From the NCBI RefSeq assembly GCF_009914755.1, contig NC_060933.1: a stretch of DNA of 64,000 nucleotides, one strand, 5' to 3'. The position numbers and the translations under genes were made by a program. Below, piece by piece: positions 14,733-34,278 of this stretch (its first letter is position 1; the number at the start of each line of letters is the position of its first letter). Under the pieces are notes generated by a model, which did no database searches, had not been told where the DNA came from, and saw nothing but the letters and a program-made list of their open reading frames with translations. Origin of the DNA: the human T2T-CHM13v2.0 reference genome, Homo sapiens.

Positions 14733-15895
14733 GTAGTATTTCCTTAATTGCAGTGGTCTCCACTGGGGGTGAGGAAGGGGTGAGAATTGGATCATGGCTG
14801 CAAGGAAACCCGACTTAACCTCTGCAAGGTGGTGCAAAGGCATTCCACTGTTCAACAACAATTATATTGAAGCTGAGTGGGATCACTGGGTGAAGATGAA
14901 GCGTAAGGGGTGAGGGGCAGGAGAATGGGTATGGATGGAGGTAGAAGATGCAGTGTCATACAGTTTTTTTCTATCATGAAAATAACCACAGACTTACAGA
15001 AGAGAAAGAGCTAAAATGCCCGTCATTTTCAGTTGCATTTTAGTCTTGCATTAGTTGCAACCAGCTGGTTTCTGGGTACCCTAAGTAATAAAAATAGTTC
15101 CTCTGTAGAACTGTAGTATGTTTACCATAGAGTATTTTGCAAAATTTTTGGTAGAGGATGTTACATAATTTGCATGTGTTCATTTCTCCATTTACCTGTG
15201 GGAACAATTAAAATCCAGGAAAATGAGTATATTCAAATAATTTCCTCCCATTTAAGATGAGTCAGAGTAAATAATTCCTCCAATACTTAGAGAAGTATAC
15301 CAAGAGATCCAGTGATGGTATAGAGTTGTCTGATGTTAAATAGGGAAGTAGAATATGGAAGGGGATTCCAATAGTCGTTGAAAAATTCCCCATAACCCCT
15401 TACATGGGGGAAAGTAGTGTTAACTGAGAGAGTAGAGATAAGCTGTTTCCAAAAATTATATTCTTAACAGGACTGAGATAGCCAGAATATAAGGATCAAG
15501 TTTCAATGACAGTAAGATCCTGAGATGGAGTTGATTTGCACAAAGAAATAATTGTTGCCAGCATGCATTTTGAATATTTCTCTGGAAAAAAAGATTAGTT
15601 GGCAGTAGAAATGGATAGAAATCAATAGATATTAAAATACCTCAGAATTTGGTTCATCTCTGGGAAAAGATGAAAAATAAAAGTGTATACTCCTCAAGAA
15701 CATCTAGGATCAAAAGCATGTGCCCTACACTATTGAATTAATTAACCTCATAAGTTGGGACCTGTGGAATAAGGATGTCCACCAGACTTCCTAGGGATTA
15801 CAAATGTTTCACAGAACTTGAAATTTAAACTTGGGTCACTGTATGGGATGTAGAGCTGTGCTATATGGAAATAAAAATGATTTCTTTTTCTCAAG

Positions 15896-15955
15896 GGAGA
15901 ATGATGGATGTGAAAAAATGTGGCATCCAAGATACAAACTCAAAGAAGCAAAGTG
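15896..15955 (+). CDS. CD274: CD274 exon 6, cytoplasmic tail (GRMMDVKKCGIQDTNSKKQS)
   Basis: tcaag acceptor; manual translation matches the PD-L1 tail; G|gtaag donor; 60 nt. Confidence 0.97.
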
Positions 15956-16959
15956 GTAAGAATATCAGAAGGAATTGGGAAGTAAAAGTCAAAGGAAACA
16001 AAAAGCTAAAGCAATAACAAAGAGAAATCCATCAGTCATAATCTCCTCTCCTTTTAAAGAATGCTGGTTCCCCTTTGCCTCACAGCTAACACAAGAACTC
16101 CTCCACCGTCTGAGGAGGTTTAGGAGCAGGGAAGGGGAAGGAGTCAGCTTCATTTGCTAATCTTCTGTTGCCCTGCACCCTAGCAGCTCCTTGCAGCAGG
16201 GGACAAGGATGACTTAGGTGGATGGATAATTAATTGATTCTAAAATATTGTGTGTCAGTATTGTAATACTATGTTAATTGCACCATGCACGGTATCTCAT
16301 TTAATCCCCCACCCCTTGCCATTACCAAAGAGAGAGAGAGAGAGAGAAATACTAGAATTTATCCTCATTTTACAGTAGAGAAAACAGAGGGTCAAGAAGA
16401 TAATGTAAAGTGCCCAAGAACACACAGCTGATCACAAAAATCAAGCTTGGGGGCCATTAGCCTAACCACAGACCCTTACTCTTAACCCATCTGCTTCAAT
16501 CCATTTTGCTACAAATGTTTACATTTATAAGCAGGGCAGAAAAACCTCATCCAGGTTATTGAACTAAGAAGAAAGTTATATTAAGGTTTCTAATTTTTTT
16601 AATGTAGTTAGAAACCAAACTTAACAATGAGCCCAAGTTTAAAGCAGTCTAATTAACCTGGACAAGCTCAGGCAAGTTTCATTCTGTGGCCCATAGCATC
16701 ATCTGTGTTGTAAAGCTAAGTAGCAAATGTTGTTTGGGTCATGCTGGGGGACAAGCCATCCCAATTTGCTCAGGACTGAGGGGTTTTCCAGGATATCATG
16801 TAAGGATAATTGGGTACAAATATAACCTGCTGCTTTCTCTCATTTCAAATTTATCATTTATCATATCAGCAACTATGAGTTATGTTTTTTATTAGATTTC
16901 TTGTTACTTTTTCCCCAGACCACTTCCCATGAAATTAATATACTATTATCACTCTCCAG

Positions 16960-16982
16960 ATACACATTTGGAGGAGACGTAA
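16960..16982 (+). CDS. CD274: CD274 exon 7 coding part (DTHLEET*)
   Basis: ctccag acceptor; TAA at 16980-16982; exon lengths 52+342+288+108+60+23 = 873 nt = 290 aa + stop. Confidence 0.98.
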
Positions 16983-19687
16983 TCCAGCATTGGAACTTCT
17001 GATCTTCAAGCAGGGATTCTCAACCTGTGGTTTAGGGGTTCATCGGGGCTGAGCGTGACAAGAGGAAGGAATGGGCCCGTGGGATGCAGGCAATGTGGGA
17101 CTTAAAAGGCCCAAGCACTGAAAATGGAACCTGGCGAAAGCAGAGGAGGAGAATGAAGAAAGATGGAGTCAAACAGGGAGCCTGGAGGGAGACCTTGATA
17201 CTTTCAAATGCCTGAGGGGCTCATCGACGCCTGTGACAGGGAGAAAGGATACTTCTGAACAAGGAGCCTCCAAGCAAATCATCCATTGCTCATCCTAGGA
17301 AGACGGGTTGAGAATCCCTAATTTGAGGGTCAGTTCCTGCAGAAGTGCCCTTTGCCTCCACTCAATGCCTCAATTTGTTTTCTGCATGACTGAGAGTCTC
17401 AGTGTTGGAACGGGACAGTATTTATGTATGAGTTTTTCCTATTTATTTTGAGTCTGTGAGGTCTTCTTGTCATGTGAGTGTGGTTGTGAATGATTTCTTT
17501 TGAAGATATATTGTAGTAGATGTTACAATTTTGTCGCCAAACTAAACTTGCTGCTTAATGATTTGCTCACATCTAGTAAAACATGGAGTATTTGTAAGGT
17601 GCTTGGTCTCCTCTATAACTACAAGTATACATTGGAAGCATAAAGATCAAACCGTTGGTTGCATAGGATGTCACCTTTATTTAACCCATTAATACTCTGG
17701 TTGACCTAATCTTATTCTCAGACCTCAAGTGTCTGTGCAGTATCTGTTCCATTTAAATATCAGCTTTACAATTATGTGGTAGCCTACACACATAATCTCA
17801 TTTCATCGCTGTAACCACCCTGTTGTGATAACCACTATTATTTTACCCATCGTACAGCTGAGGAAGCAAACAGATTAAGTAACTTGCCCAAACCAGTAAA
17901 TAGCAGACCTCAGACTGCCACCCACTGTCCTTTTATAATACAATTTACAGCTATATTTTACTTTAAGCAATTCTTTTATTCAAAAACCATTTATTAAGTG
18001 CCCTTGCAATATCAATCGCTGTGCCAGGCATTGAATCTACAGATGTGAGCAAGACAAAGTACCTGTCCTCAAGGAGCTCATAGTATAATGAGGAGATTAA
18101 CAAGAAAATGTATTATTACAATTTAGTCCAGTGTCATAGCATAAGGATGATGCGAGGGGAAAACCCGAGCAGTGTTGCCAAGAGGAGGAAATAGGCCAAT
18201 GTGGTCTGGGACGGTTGGATATACTTAAACATCTTAATAATCAGAGTAATTTTCATTTACAAAGAGAGGTCGGTACTTAAAATAACCCTGAAAAATAACA
18301 CTGGAATTCCTTTTCTAGCATTATATTTATTCCTGATTTGCCTTTGCCATATAATCTAATGCTTGTTTATATAGTGTCTGGTATTGTTTAACAGTTCTGT
18401 CTTTTCTATTTAAATGCCACTAAATTTTAAATTCATACCTTTCCATGATTCAAAATTCAAAAGATCCCATGGGAGATGGTTGGAAAATCTCCACTTCATC
18501 CTCCAAGCCATTCAAGTTTCCTTTCCAGAAGCAACTGCTACTGCCTTTCATTCATATGTTCTTCTAAAGATAGTCTACATTTGGAAATGTATGTTAAAAG
18601 CACGTATTTTTAAAATTTTTTTCCTAAATAGTAACACATTGTATGTCTGCTGTGTACTTTGCTATTTTTATTTATTTTAGTGTTTCTTATATAGCAGATG
18701 GAATGAATTTGAAGTTCCCAGGGCTGAGGATCCATGCCTTCTTTGTTTCTAAGTTATCTTTCCCATAGCTTTTCATTATCTTTCATATGATCCAGTATAT
18801 GTTAAATATGTCCTACATATACATTTAGACAACCACCATTTGTTAAGTATTTGCTCTAGGACAGAGTTTGGATTTGTTTATGTTTGCTCAAAAGGAGACC
18901 CATGGGCTCTCCAGGGTGCACTGAGTCAATCTAGTCCTAAAAAGCAATCTTATTATTAACTCTGTATGACAGAATCATGTCTGGAACTTTTGTTTTCTGC
19001 TTTCTGTCAAGTATAAACTTCACTTTGATGCTGTACTTGCAAAATCACATTTTCTTTCTGGAAATTCCGGCAGTGTACCTTGACTGCTAGCTACCCTGTG
19101 CCAGAAAAGCCTCATTCGTTGTGCTTGAACCCTTGAATGCCACCAGCTGTCATCACTACACAGCCCTCCTAAGAGGCTTCCTGGAGGTTTCGAGATTCAG
19201 ATGCCCTGGGAGATCCCAGAGTTTCCTTTCCCTCTTGGCCATATTCTGGTGTCAATGACAAGGAGTACCTTGGCTTTGCCACATGTCAAGGCTGAAGAAA
19301 CAGTGTCTCCAACAGAGCTCCTTGTGTTATCTGTTTGTACATGTGCATTTGTACAGTAATTGGTGTGACAGTGTTCTTTGTGTGAATTACAGGCAAGAAT
19401 TGTGGCTGAGCAAGGCACATAGTCTACTCAGTCTATTCCTAAGTCCTAACTCCTCCTTGTGGTGTTGGATTTGTAAGGCACTTTATCCCTTTTGTCTCAT
19501 GTTTCATCGTAAATGGCATAGGCAGAGATGATACCTAATTCTGCATTTGATTGTCACTTTTTGTACCTGCATTAATTTAATAAAATATTCTTATTTATTT
19601 TGTTACTTGGTACACCAGCATGTCCATTTTCTTGTTTATTTTGTGTTTAATAAAATGTTCAGTTTAACATCCCAGTGGAGAAAGTTA
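16983..19687 (+). other. CD274: CD274 3'UTR (~2.7 kb); 3' end approximate
   Basis: Follows the stop codon; AATAAA at 19579-19584 and 19649-19654; AU-rich elements and miRNA seed matches; includes MIR (~17770-17900) and L2 (~17975-18085) fragments. Confidence 0.9.
19649..19654 (+). terminator. CD274: Main CD274 polyadenylation signal AATAAA
   Basis: AATAAA preceded by U-rich sequence and followed by U/GU-rich sequence; position fits the known mRNA end. Confidence 0.8.
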
Positions 19688-20309
19688 CTTGGAATATTTG
19701 CAGCCTTGTTCCTAGTTCTTTTTTCATTGCTTATACAGCATGTTTTTATACAGCATGCTTTTGAATCCTGCACAATGAAAAAAGTATCAAAAGATTTTAT
19801 TTTAAAAAAGAATGTATTGAAAATTTTCATTCTCTCTCATTCGGCAGCTTCCTTTAGGACCATACCAAGAAGAGTCAAAATCCTGTCATCTACATTGAAG
19901 ATCTAAGGGAGAGAGGGTGGGAGAGAAGGAGTGGAACCCAATAGAACTATAGGGAAACAAAGGGACTTACCTCTAAGAAAGTACTTTTCCCAGATCTGTA
20001 AACGGGTATGCAATCCAGTGTGTAGGAAGATAGATGTATTGCAGTCTTCAAGTTTTGAAAATAAAGCGAGGAAACTAGAACTAAGCCAAGTTGAGGATTA
20101 AGGGCTAGCAATGGTTAGGACCATAGATCTGTGGTTTTAAACAAGCATGACAAAACTTATCATTCAAGGAAGTATAGACCTTTTAATGTGTCATCCGGTG
20201 AGATTTTAGTCATGAAATTCCATTTTAAAAGACTATCACTTATTTGAATCAGATACTCTTAAAGGATTATAATGGCTATTTCTAAGAATATGTGTTTGAC
20301 TCTAGATGC

Positions 20310-20609
20310 TTTTGTTTGTTTGTTTTTGAGACAGAGTTTTGCTCTTGTCACCCAGGCTGGAGTGCAATGGCACTATCTCAGCTCACTGCAACCTCCGCCT
20401 CCAGGTTCAACTGATTCTCCTGCCTCAGCCCCTCGAGTAGCTGGGATTACAGGCACCTGCCACCACTCCTGGCTAATTTTTGTACTTTTAGTAGAGACAG
20501 GGTTTCACAATGTTGGCCAGGCTGATCTCGAACTCCTGACCTCAGGTGATCCACCCATCTCAGCCTCCCAAAGGGCTGGGATTACAGGTGTGAGCCACGG
20601 TGCCTGGCC
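20310..20609 (-). mobile_element. AluS element
   Basis: Full dimer; degenerate TSD tct(a/g)gatg. Confidence 0.95.
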
Positions 20610-20934
20610 TCTGGATGTTTTCAGTAGTAATGATGATGCACTATTTATGCTAGCCCTTGGGCAGTCAAAGCAATAAAAATGTGTGCTAGACATCAAGATA
20701 TCTGGCCTTCCTAATCAGGAAAGGATATGGAGAACTAGTCTTCCTGGCTTGCCTTGGTGGTATGGAAATTTTGTGACACTTGAGGGGTCTGTATTATAGA
20801 AAAGTTAATATGAAAATGGTTCATAAGCTTTCATTAAACTTTTGTTCTAGTCCCTTTTACAAGTGTGTGCCTGTCTGCCACAAGTAGGCCTAATATATTT
20901 TTTAAGTTTTATTTTTAATTGACATATAATTGAC

Positions 20935-27086
<6,152 letters not shown>

Positions 27087-27290
27087 TACCCATTTTCCAT
27101 AATTGACATATTTATAGGGTACAGTGTAATGTTTTGATAGAAGTATACATTGTGTAATTATCAAATCAGGGTAATTAGCATATTCTTTTCCTCAAATATT
27201 TATCATTTATTTGTGATAAGAACATTCAAAATATTCTCTCCTAGTTATTTTGAGTTATACAGTATAATACTGTTAACCACAGTCACCCTA

Positions 27291-27667
27291 TGTATTAGTC
27301 CATTTTCACAGTGTTATAAAAATACTACCTGAGACTAGGTAATTTATAAAGGAAAGAAGTTTAATTGACTCAAAGTTCTGTATGGTTGGGGAGGCCTCAG
27401 GAAACTCACAATCATGGTGGAAGGGGAAGCAGTCACCTTCCTCACAAGGCAGTAAGAGGAGAGAGAGCAAAGAGGGAAGAGCCCTTTATGAAACTATCAG
27501 CTCTTATGAGAATTAACTCACTATCATGAGAACAGGATGGGGGAAACCACCCCCATGATACAATCACCTCCCTCCCTCAACACGTGGGGATTACAAGTTT
27601 CTCCCATGACATGTGGGGATCACAATTCGAGATGAGATTTGTGTGAGGACAGAGCCAAACTGTATCA
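27291..27667 (-). mobile_element. THE1 (THE1D-like) MaLR solo LTR
   Basis: tgtattagtcc...gagccaaactgtatca; 377 bp; 5-bp TSD CCCTA at 27286-27290 and 27668-27672. Confidence 0.9.
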
Positions 27668-27965
27668 CCCTACTATGCAATAGAACACCAGAACTTATTC
27701 CTTCTATCTAACTATAAGTTTGTACCTGTTGACCGATCTCTACTAATCTCCCCTCCTCATGCCCCCAACCCTCTCCAGCCTCTGGTAACCACTACCCTAC
27801 TTTCTACTTCTGTGATATCAACCTTTTAACATTCCACATATGAGTGAGATCATTTAGTATTTGTGTTTCTTTGCCTGGCTATTTCACTTAACATAATTAT
27901 CCTCTAGTTTTATCCATGTTGCCACAAATGACAGGATTTCATTTGTTATGGCTGAATACTATTCT

Positions 27966-27967
<2 letters not shown>

Positions 27968-28012
<45 letters not shown>
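27968..28012. repeat. (TG)n microsatellite, about 22 units
   Basis: Uninterrupted TG run. Confidence 0.95.
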
Positions 28013-28014
<2 letters not shown>

Positions 28015-28020
28015 ACCACA

Positions 28021-28152
28021 TTTTTTCTTTCTTTTTTTTTTTTAAAGAGATGGAGTCTTGCTATGTTGCCTAGGCTGGCCTTGAACTCCTATCGTCCCAC
28101 CCACAGCCTCCAGAGTAGCTGGGAATATAGGCACATGCCACTGCACCTGGCT
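28021..28152 (-). mobile_element. Alu monomer (FLAM/FAM-like)
   Basis: Poly-T + agagatggagtcttgctatgttgcctaggctgg...cactgcacctggc; degenerate TSD ta(c/t)accac. Confidence 0.75.
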
Positions 28153-30489
28153 TATATACCACCTTTTCCTCATCCATTCATCTGTTGATGGACACTTAAG
28201 TTGATTCCATAGCTTCACTATTGTGAATAGTGCTGCAATAAACCTAGCAGTGTAGATGTCTATTTATGTCTTTATTTATTTAACTATTTTATTTATTTAT
28301 TCTTTATTTAACTATTTTAAAGCTGAGAAATTCAAAATTAACTTTTGTTCTATTGATATATTTGGCCAAATTTGTTAAGACAGATACACCTGTTTTTAGA
28401 ATTTTTCCTATCCCAGGCTTCCAAAGTTTCAAGAAAATTGATATAATAAACCAACTTATTCCCATTATAATTTAAACATTTCCGAAATTATTTCCATTTT
28501 AAAAGAAGTTAATGTTTGACCAATGAAGCAATTGTCAATGATGGGGTTTTATTATGAGTTTAATAATGATATTTACCATTTATTGAGCATGTACCTTATG
28601 CAAGGTCTTCATCTGTCAATCATCTCTTCTTTCTGCAAATACAAGACTTAGCAAGCTTGGAGTAAGTTATGAATGCTAACATATGTGAGATCAAATAGTC
28701 TCTTTCTAGGGCACTGAAGGTCTTTGGGGACTTAAAAACTCGATTACAATGATTCAGTCATATAAGAGAAAATTGCAACACACACACACACATAAAACAG
28801 AAAAGAACTATTTGTACATGCCAGGAAACACTGCTCTAAGAGTTGCTTTATTCTAGGTGACTATGAAAGGAAAAAAAAAATCTAACTATAGAGAAGTTAA
28901 AAAATGTACATATATTTGGGAAGAATAGGAAATTTCACCAAAGGCCTGGAGTCACTCAAACCCGAGTTCCAATCTTCTTAGATGTAAATTAACTTCATTG
29001 AACCAGTTTACTTTAAAAATTCTTGTTTTTATTAAAAATTTCAATTACTATTAAAATTATATTTTTAATTAAAAATACTTTAAAAATTAAAGTGTATAGT
29101 TTTTCTATTTATCTTAAATATTCAAATAATTGTGAATTAAAGTTGTGCCAGCTTGAAGATTTAAAGTGATAGGCTTAATAATTTTGGAACTTTTCTTAAT
29201 GTCAAAGTTAACTAGAGCTTCTTTTCTTTTTCAAATTACACATTTAAAATTCCGGCATCAGTTCCTTTTTGAGTCATCTAGGTCTCTCACGTCAGTAAAT
29301 ATTGAGCTACTGTAAAGCTGAAGTTACTTACGTAGTAACATAACTTACTTAGGGGAGATTTGTAAATGTTTATTTTGGATAAGCTATGTCTTATTTTTGT
29401 TTTGCTTTTGAGAAAGATACTTCTCATTCTTTGCTAATTTCAAACAAACAGCTTTATAGTAGAAAGCAATTATTTCTATAACTCAAGTTAAATAATTCTG
29501 TCTATTCTTTAGTCAAATTGAAAATAAGACATAACAAAACAATGACCCCCTTGCCTTGGTTTCTAACTTTTCAGAGGTGAACACAACCATAAATGGTAAC
29601 TAACTTACAGTAGTGCCTACTGTATCCACTAAGCATTATGTAGAATACAGAGGTGACCCAGACATGCACCCTGCCCTTAAAAAACATGAAGATTGAAACA
29701 TATTATCATGATTTACAGGCATAGCTCCTCCTCCTCCAAAAACAAAACAATACAAAACACACAAATAACTGTGTTTGTCAGAAATACAGACACCAAGTGT
29801 TAAAATGTCAGAAAATAGGGCAGCTTGAACTCAACCTTTGCACTCTCTAGCACTTGAATTATATTTTATCAAACCTTTGTTAAGTTAGTTCATGTATTTT
29901 GGTGCCTCAGTGGTTCTAATCCAAGTATAGTATTTTTGTAGATCCATCTGTCCCAGTGCTGCATAACAGCACTAGAACATGTGGAAGAGATTTAACAAAT
30001 AGTATTAGCTATGATATGTATATATTAGTATATATTACATGTCAGGAAGTGTTCTGAGTTCTTTACGTGTACTAATTCATTTAGCCTTCCCAATAACCCT
30101 ATGCGGAAAGTTATTACCATCTTCTCTTGACAGATAAAGAAACCAAGCCACAGAAAGTTTAGGTAACTTGGCCGAAGTCATGCTACTAATAAGTTATGGC
30201 CCCAGGATGTGAGCACAGTTTGACTTCACAGTTTGCTCTTATACCCTACACTATGCTACCCCTAAATAATTATTCGAGTCATGTTAATGAGGGGATTTTA
30301 AAAACTTGACAGTATTGGAACAGTATATATAGTAAGCTGATACTTCCCTGGGTTGGACAACTCCAGAAGCAATCTGATGTTTGTTTGCCTGTATATTTTT
30401 GTTTTTCTAGGCAATGGGGGCTAATCTCACTAGTACTTCTGTAGACTGTCTAGCATATGTCTTTCGGTGAATCTTTGAACTCGTTTTCC

Positions 30490-31280
30490 ATTTGGTATAT
30501 ATCTGATGGTACAATTGCTGAATTCTTGGTATATACATAAGAATAGAATTTCTAGGTCATGGTATAGGATTGCTGGAAACTGTACCAATTTGCATTCCCA
30601 CCAGCAGGGCATAGGAGTTCCAGTTGCCTTGCATTTTTCCCAATATTTTCTGCCTCTTTCATTTTAGGTGACTATGCAGAGACATCACATTTTGGTTTTA
30701 ATTTGCATGACTCTGATGACTAATGGAGTCAAACTCATTTTCATATATTTATTGGCCATTTGTCAATAAAGTTTTATGAGGTGTCTTTTCAAGTGATTTG
30801 CCCATTTTTTAAATTAGGTTTTCTGCCTAATTCCTAATTGTGTAGGAATTCTTAGCGTATTCTAGATACAAGCCCTTCGTCAGAGACATAAACTGAAAAT
30901 CTCTTCTCCCATTCTGCAGGATGTCTGTTCTCTCTTCACGGAGTCTTTTGAGGAAGTGAAGTTCTTACTTTACATAGTTCAATTTACCAATTTTTTTCCT
31001 CATGGCTAGCACTTTTTTGTGTCCTGTGTAAGCAAACTTTGCCTACTCCAAGGTCATGAAGATTTCTTCCATGTTTTCTTCTAAATCTCTATCATTTTAT
31101 TTTTCACATTTAGATCTGTAATCCTTCTGGAATTATTTTTTTGCATATGGTGTGAGATAGGAGTTAAAATACATTTTCATGTGGACATTCAATTGTCCCT
31201 ACACCATTTACTGAAAATACCATCCTTTCCCCCACTATACTGCAGTGTCACCTTTCTCATAAACTAGTTGACTATATCTA
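30490..31280 (-). mobile_element. Old L1M ORF2 3' fragment
   Basis: ttgcattcccaccagcag...ggttttaatttgcat...gcctactccaaggtcatgaagat...accatttactgaaaa. Confidence 0.7.
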
Positions 31281-31546
31281 TACCTATGTCTCTATCTATG
31301 TCTATCTACCTACCTGTATATATCTGTTTATGGAGTCTGTTCTATTACATTGATCAGCTCATTTGTTTTTTTTTTTTGTCTAGAAAATTTTGCTAAAGCA
31401 GTATTAATGAGTTTGAATCTTGCCTCTTGGGGCTGTGACAACACTTCAGGTTGTGATTCCTCACCTGCAGCCCTATCCATGCCATGGCAACCACCGAGGC
31501 ATCCATCCTGTGGTTATCTATACAATGCATAATAAAGACCTCAGCT

Positions 31547-31840
31547 GGCCTCGGCGGCTCACGCCTGTAATCCCAGCACTTTGGGAGGCCAAGGCAGGCA
31601 GATCACGTGAGCACAGGAGTTCGAGACTAGCCTGAGTAACACGGCAAAACCCCATCTCTCCAAAAAATAAAAAAATTAGCTGAGCATGGTGGCATGCGCC
31701 TGTAATCCCAGCCACTCAGGAAGCAGAGGTGGGAGGATTTCTTGAGCCTGGGCTATCGAGGTTGCAGTGAGCCGAGATCGCGCCACTGCACTCCAGCCTC
31801 GATGACAGAGTGAGACTCTGTCGGAAAAAAAAAAAAAAAA
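31547..31840 (+). mobile_element. Alu (AluJ-like)
   Basis: Full dimer with poly-A tail. Confidence 0.9.
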
Positions 31841-32021
31841 GATAACCTCTATCTCCCACTGCTTTCCCTTCCCACCGTCACCCCAAGTTTCTGTCATTTC
31901 TTTGAATTTGTTATTTGACTTTCCACAAGTATAAAAGTACACTTGTATCATTTATTTTAGGTATTGGATATCTTCCCTTCCTTATGTATTATTTTAAAAG
32001 CAGCTAAATAAAAAATTTAGC

Positions 32022-32252
32022 TTGGTTTTTGTTGTTGTTGTTGTTGTTTTGTTTTTTTGGTTTTTTGAGACGGAGTCTCGCTCCATTGCCCAGGCTGGAG
32101 TTCAGTGACATGATCTCAGCTCACTGCAACCTCTGCCTCACAGGTTCAAGAGATTCTCCTGCCTCAGCCTTCTGAGTAGCTGGGACTACAGGTGCATGCC
32201 ACCACGCTTGGCTAATTTTTTTTTTTTTGTATTTTTAGTAGAGACGGGGTTT
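32022..32252 (-). mobile_element. 5'-truncated AluS
   Basis: (GTT)n/T tail + right arm, ending at gtagagacggggttt. Confidence 0.85.
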
Positions 32253-33555
32253 AATGTAGCCTTCAAATAATTTTTTTAACTATAAATTCAGTGGCTTTTG
32301 ATTTTTCAAAAAGAGTCTCCACTCTTACCTAAAACTACAATGGGTATTTGAATTCTAGAAGGAGGTGATTTTATTCCAAACTGATAATCACTATAAAACA
32401 TTATGTCTTTTCTACTGGAAATAGAAATACAGTGTATATAGATGTTTGTTAGACATCTCTAATAAAAAAATGAGTATTGTATATAACTGAGCCTTCCTAG
32501 AATGTTTGCCCACAGCCACAGTGTTATAGCAGTTCATATTATCTCTCTCATGGTCACATGTTAGAAGTAGAGTCATGTAGCAGTATGCAAGCAAATCCCC
32601 TGTTGGGATGCCTGTTGGCTTCAGATTAGCTCACTTACTGGGCAAAACAGAGACTATGGGCAATGCCCAACATTTCCTCATTTCTCATAATGGCTTATCA
32701 AATTCCCAGTCACAAGAGCTAAAACCTTAGAACAATCTTTTACTCTTCCCTCTTCCCCATGGCACAGCTTTAACATCGACTGAAGCTTCTTTTATAGAAT
32801 TGTTTCTCCGGTTCCTTTTTTGTGAATTTATTGTTACTATTCTCTCTCAAACTTCATATAGGATGTTGACAGTGACTTAAGCAATAAGAAAGATTATCAC
32901 ATAAAACAAAACAAAACAAACAAACAACAGCAACAACAACAAAAAATATATATATACACACACACAGGTAGGATGGCCCTGTCCCTGCTTCTCTGCGATC
33001 CTCTTTGTTCTACCCTACTGGTGGATCTATACCCAAACTGGCAGCAAGATAGCTTGGCAGTTCCAGGTTACACCTAGCAGACCACATCTCATGTCTCACT
33101 GGCCAGAGTCAGGTCACATACCCATCTTTAAGACAGTTGTTGGCAAGGATTTACCCTGGAGCCAGGGATGAAACCATCTTCCCCTGAGTCACATGGGAAA
33201 GGACACCTGAACAAAATTAGCGTCTTGTCACCATAGGGAATGGGCTCTGAATGCTGGTGGATAATCAACAGTGTCAGCTCCAGACTCTAACCACTTCACT
33301 TAGATAACTGCAGCCACCTCTTAACTGTGGTCCCTGCCTCCAGTTTTTGGCTCCATCTTCTCAACATGTATAATGAAGCCAGTACAATTCTCCTTAAACA
33401 CACTGCTGTCATGACAGCACTTTCTTGGTCAGGGGGCCTAGGTGGCTTCACTGTGACTGATGGACAAAATTCGAACACCTTGGCCTCCCCATTCAAGATG
33501 TCCACAACCAGACTCCAACCTATCCCTTATCCTTCCTTCTCCCTAGTTCCTTACA

Positions 33556-34278
33556 ACAGGGGTGGTAGTAAATATATCAGGCTTTGTGGACCATGTGGTC
33601 TCTGTCACAATTACAGTAATATTCCCCTCATCTGTACAGTAGAATAAGTTGTTCTGAGAAGAAGAAGGAGAAAGAGAGAGAGACCACATTCATACCACCT
33701 TTATTACAGTACGTTGTTATAATTGTCCTTTTTTTTTTTTTTTTTTTAACTCTTGTCTTGCTATGTTGCCCAAGCTGGTCTTGAACTCCTGGGCTCAAGT
33801 AATCCACACACCTCGGCCTCCCAAAGGGCTGGAATTACAGGCACGAGCCACTGCACCTGGCCCGAATTGTTCTATTTTATTAGTAGTAATTGTTGTTAAT
33901 CTCTTACTGTGCCTAATGTATAAACTTTATCTTTTCTTTGCTTATCTGTCTTTCCACAAGTATAAAAGTATACTTTTACCATTTATTTTATGTATTGGAT
34001 ATCTCTCTAAACAAATCACAGGTATGTATGCATAGGAAAAAACACAGTATGTGTAGGGTTTGGTACTATGCACAGTTTCAGGCATTCACTTGGGGATCTT
34101 GGAACATAACCCCTGCAGATAAGGAGGGGACTACTGTAGTCAATTCTTCCCTTGTAGTGCAAAAGCAGCCATGCACAATACAATACAAATGAATGTGACT
34201 GTATTCCAATAAAACTTTATTTACGAAACAGGCAGTAAACTAAATTTGGCCCACAGGACACACTTTAACAATCCCTGC
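33556..34278. mobile_element. Nested DNA transposons: MER58-like hAT element interrupted by MER44/Tigger7-like element (~33614-34137), itself carrying an Alu monomer (33729-33863)
   Basis: MER58 pieces (gtaaatatatcaggctttgtgg...; ttccaataaaactttatttac...tttggcccacagg); MER44 end ggggactactg flanked by TA; FLAM with TSD aattgt. Confidence 0.7.

Larger units (their letters stand above)
27108..28262 (-). mobile_element. L1MA-type 3' end, host of the L1PA, THE1 LTR and an Alu monomer (also 20905-20925)
   Basis: aattgaca...tatttatagggtacagtgt...tcagggtaattagcata...tgcaatagaacaccagaacttattcct; sequence resumes after each insertion. Confidence 0.8.

Noticed and set aside
14733-14818. Read-through of exon 5 into intron 5 (GSISLIAVV...)
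   Set aside because: A short open stretch after a donor is expected by chance; I have no independent support for such an isoform.
16330-16347. (GA)n, and other (CA)n/(TG)n/(TCAT)n tracts
   Set aside because: Ordinary microsatellites or L2 tails; at most length polymorphisms.
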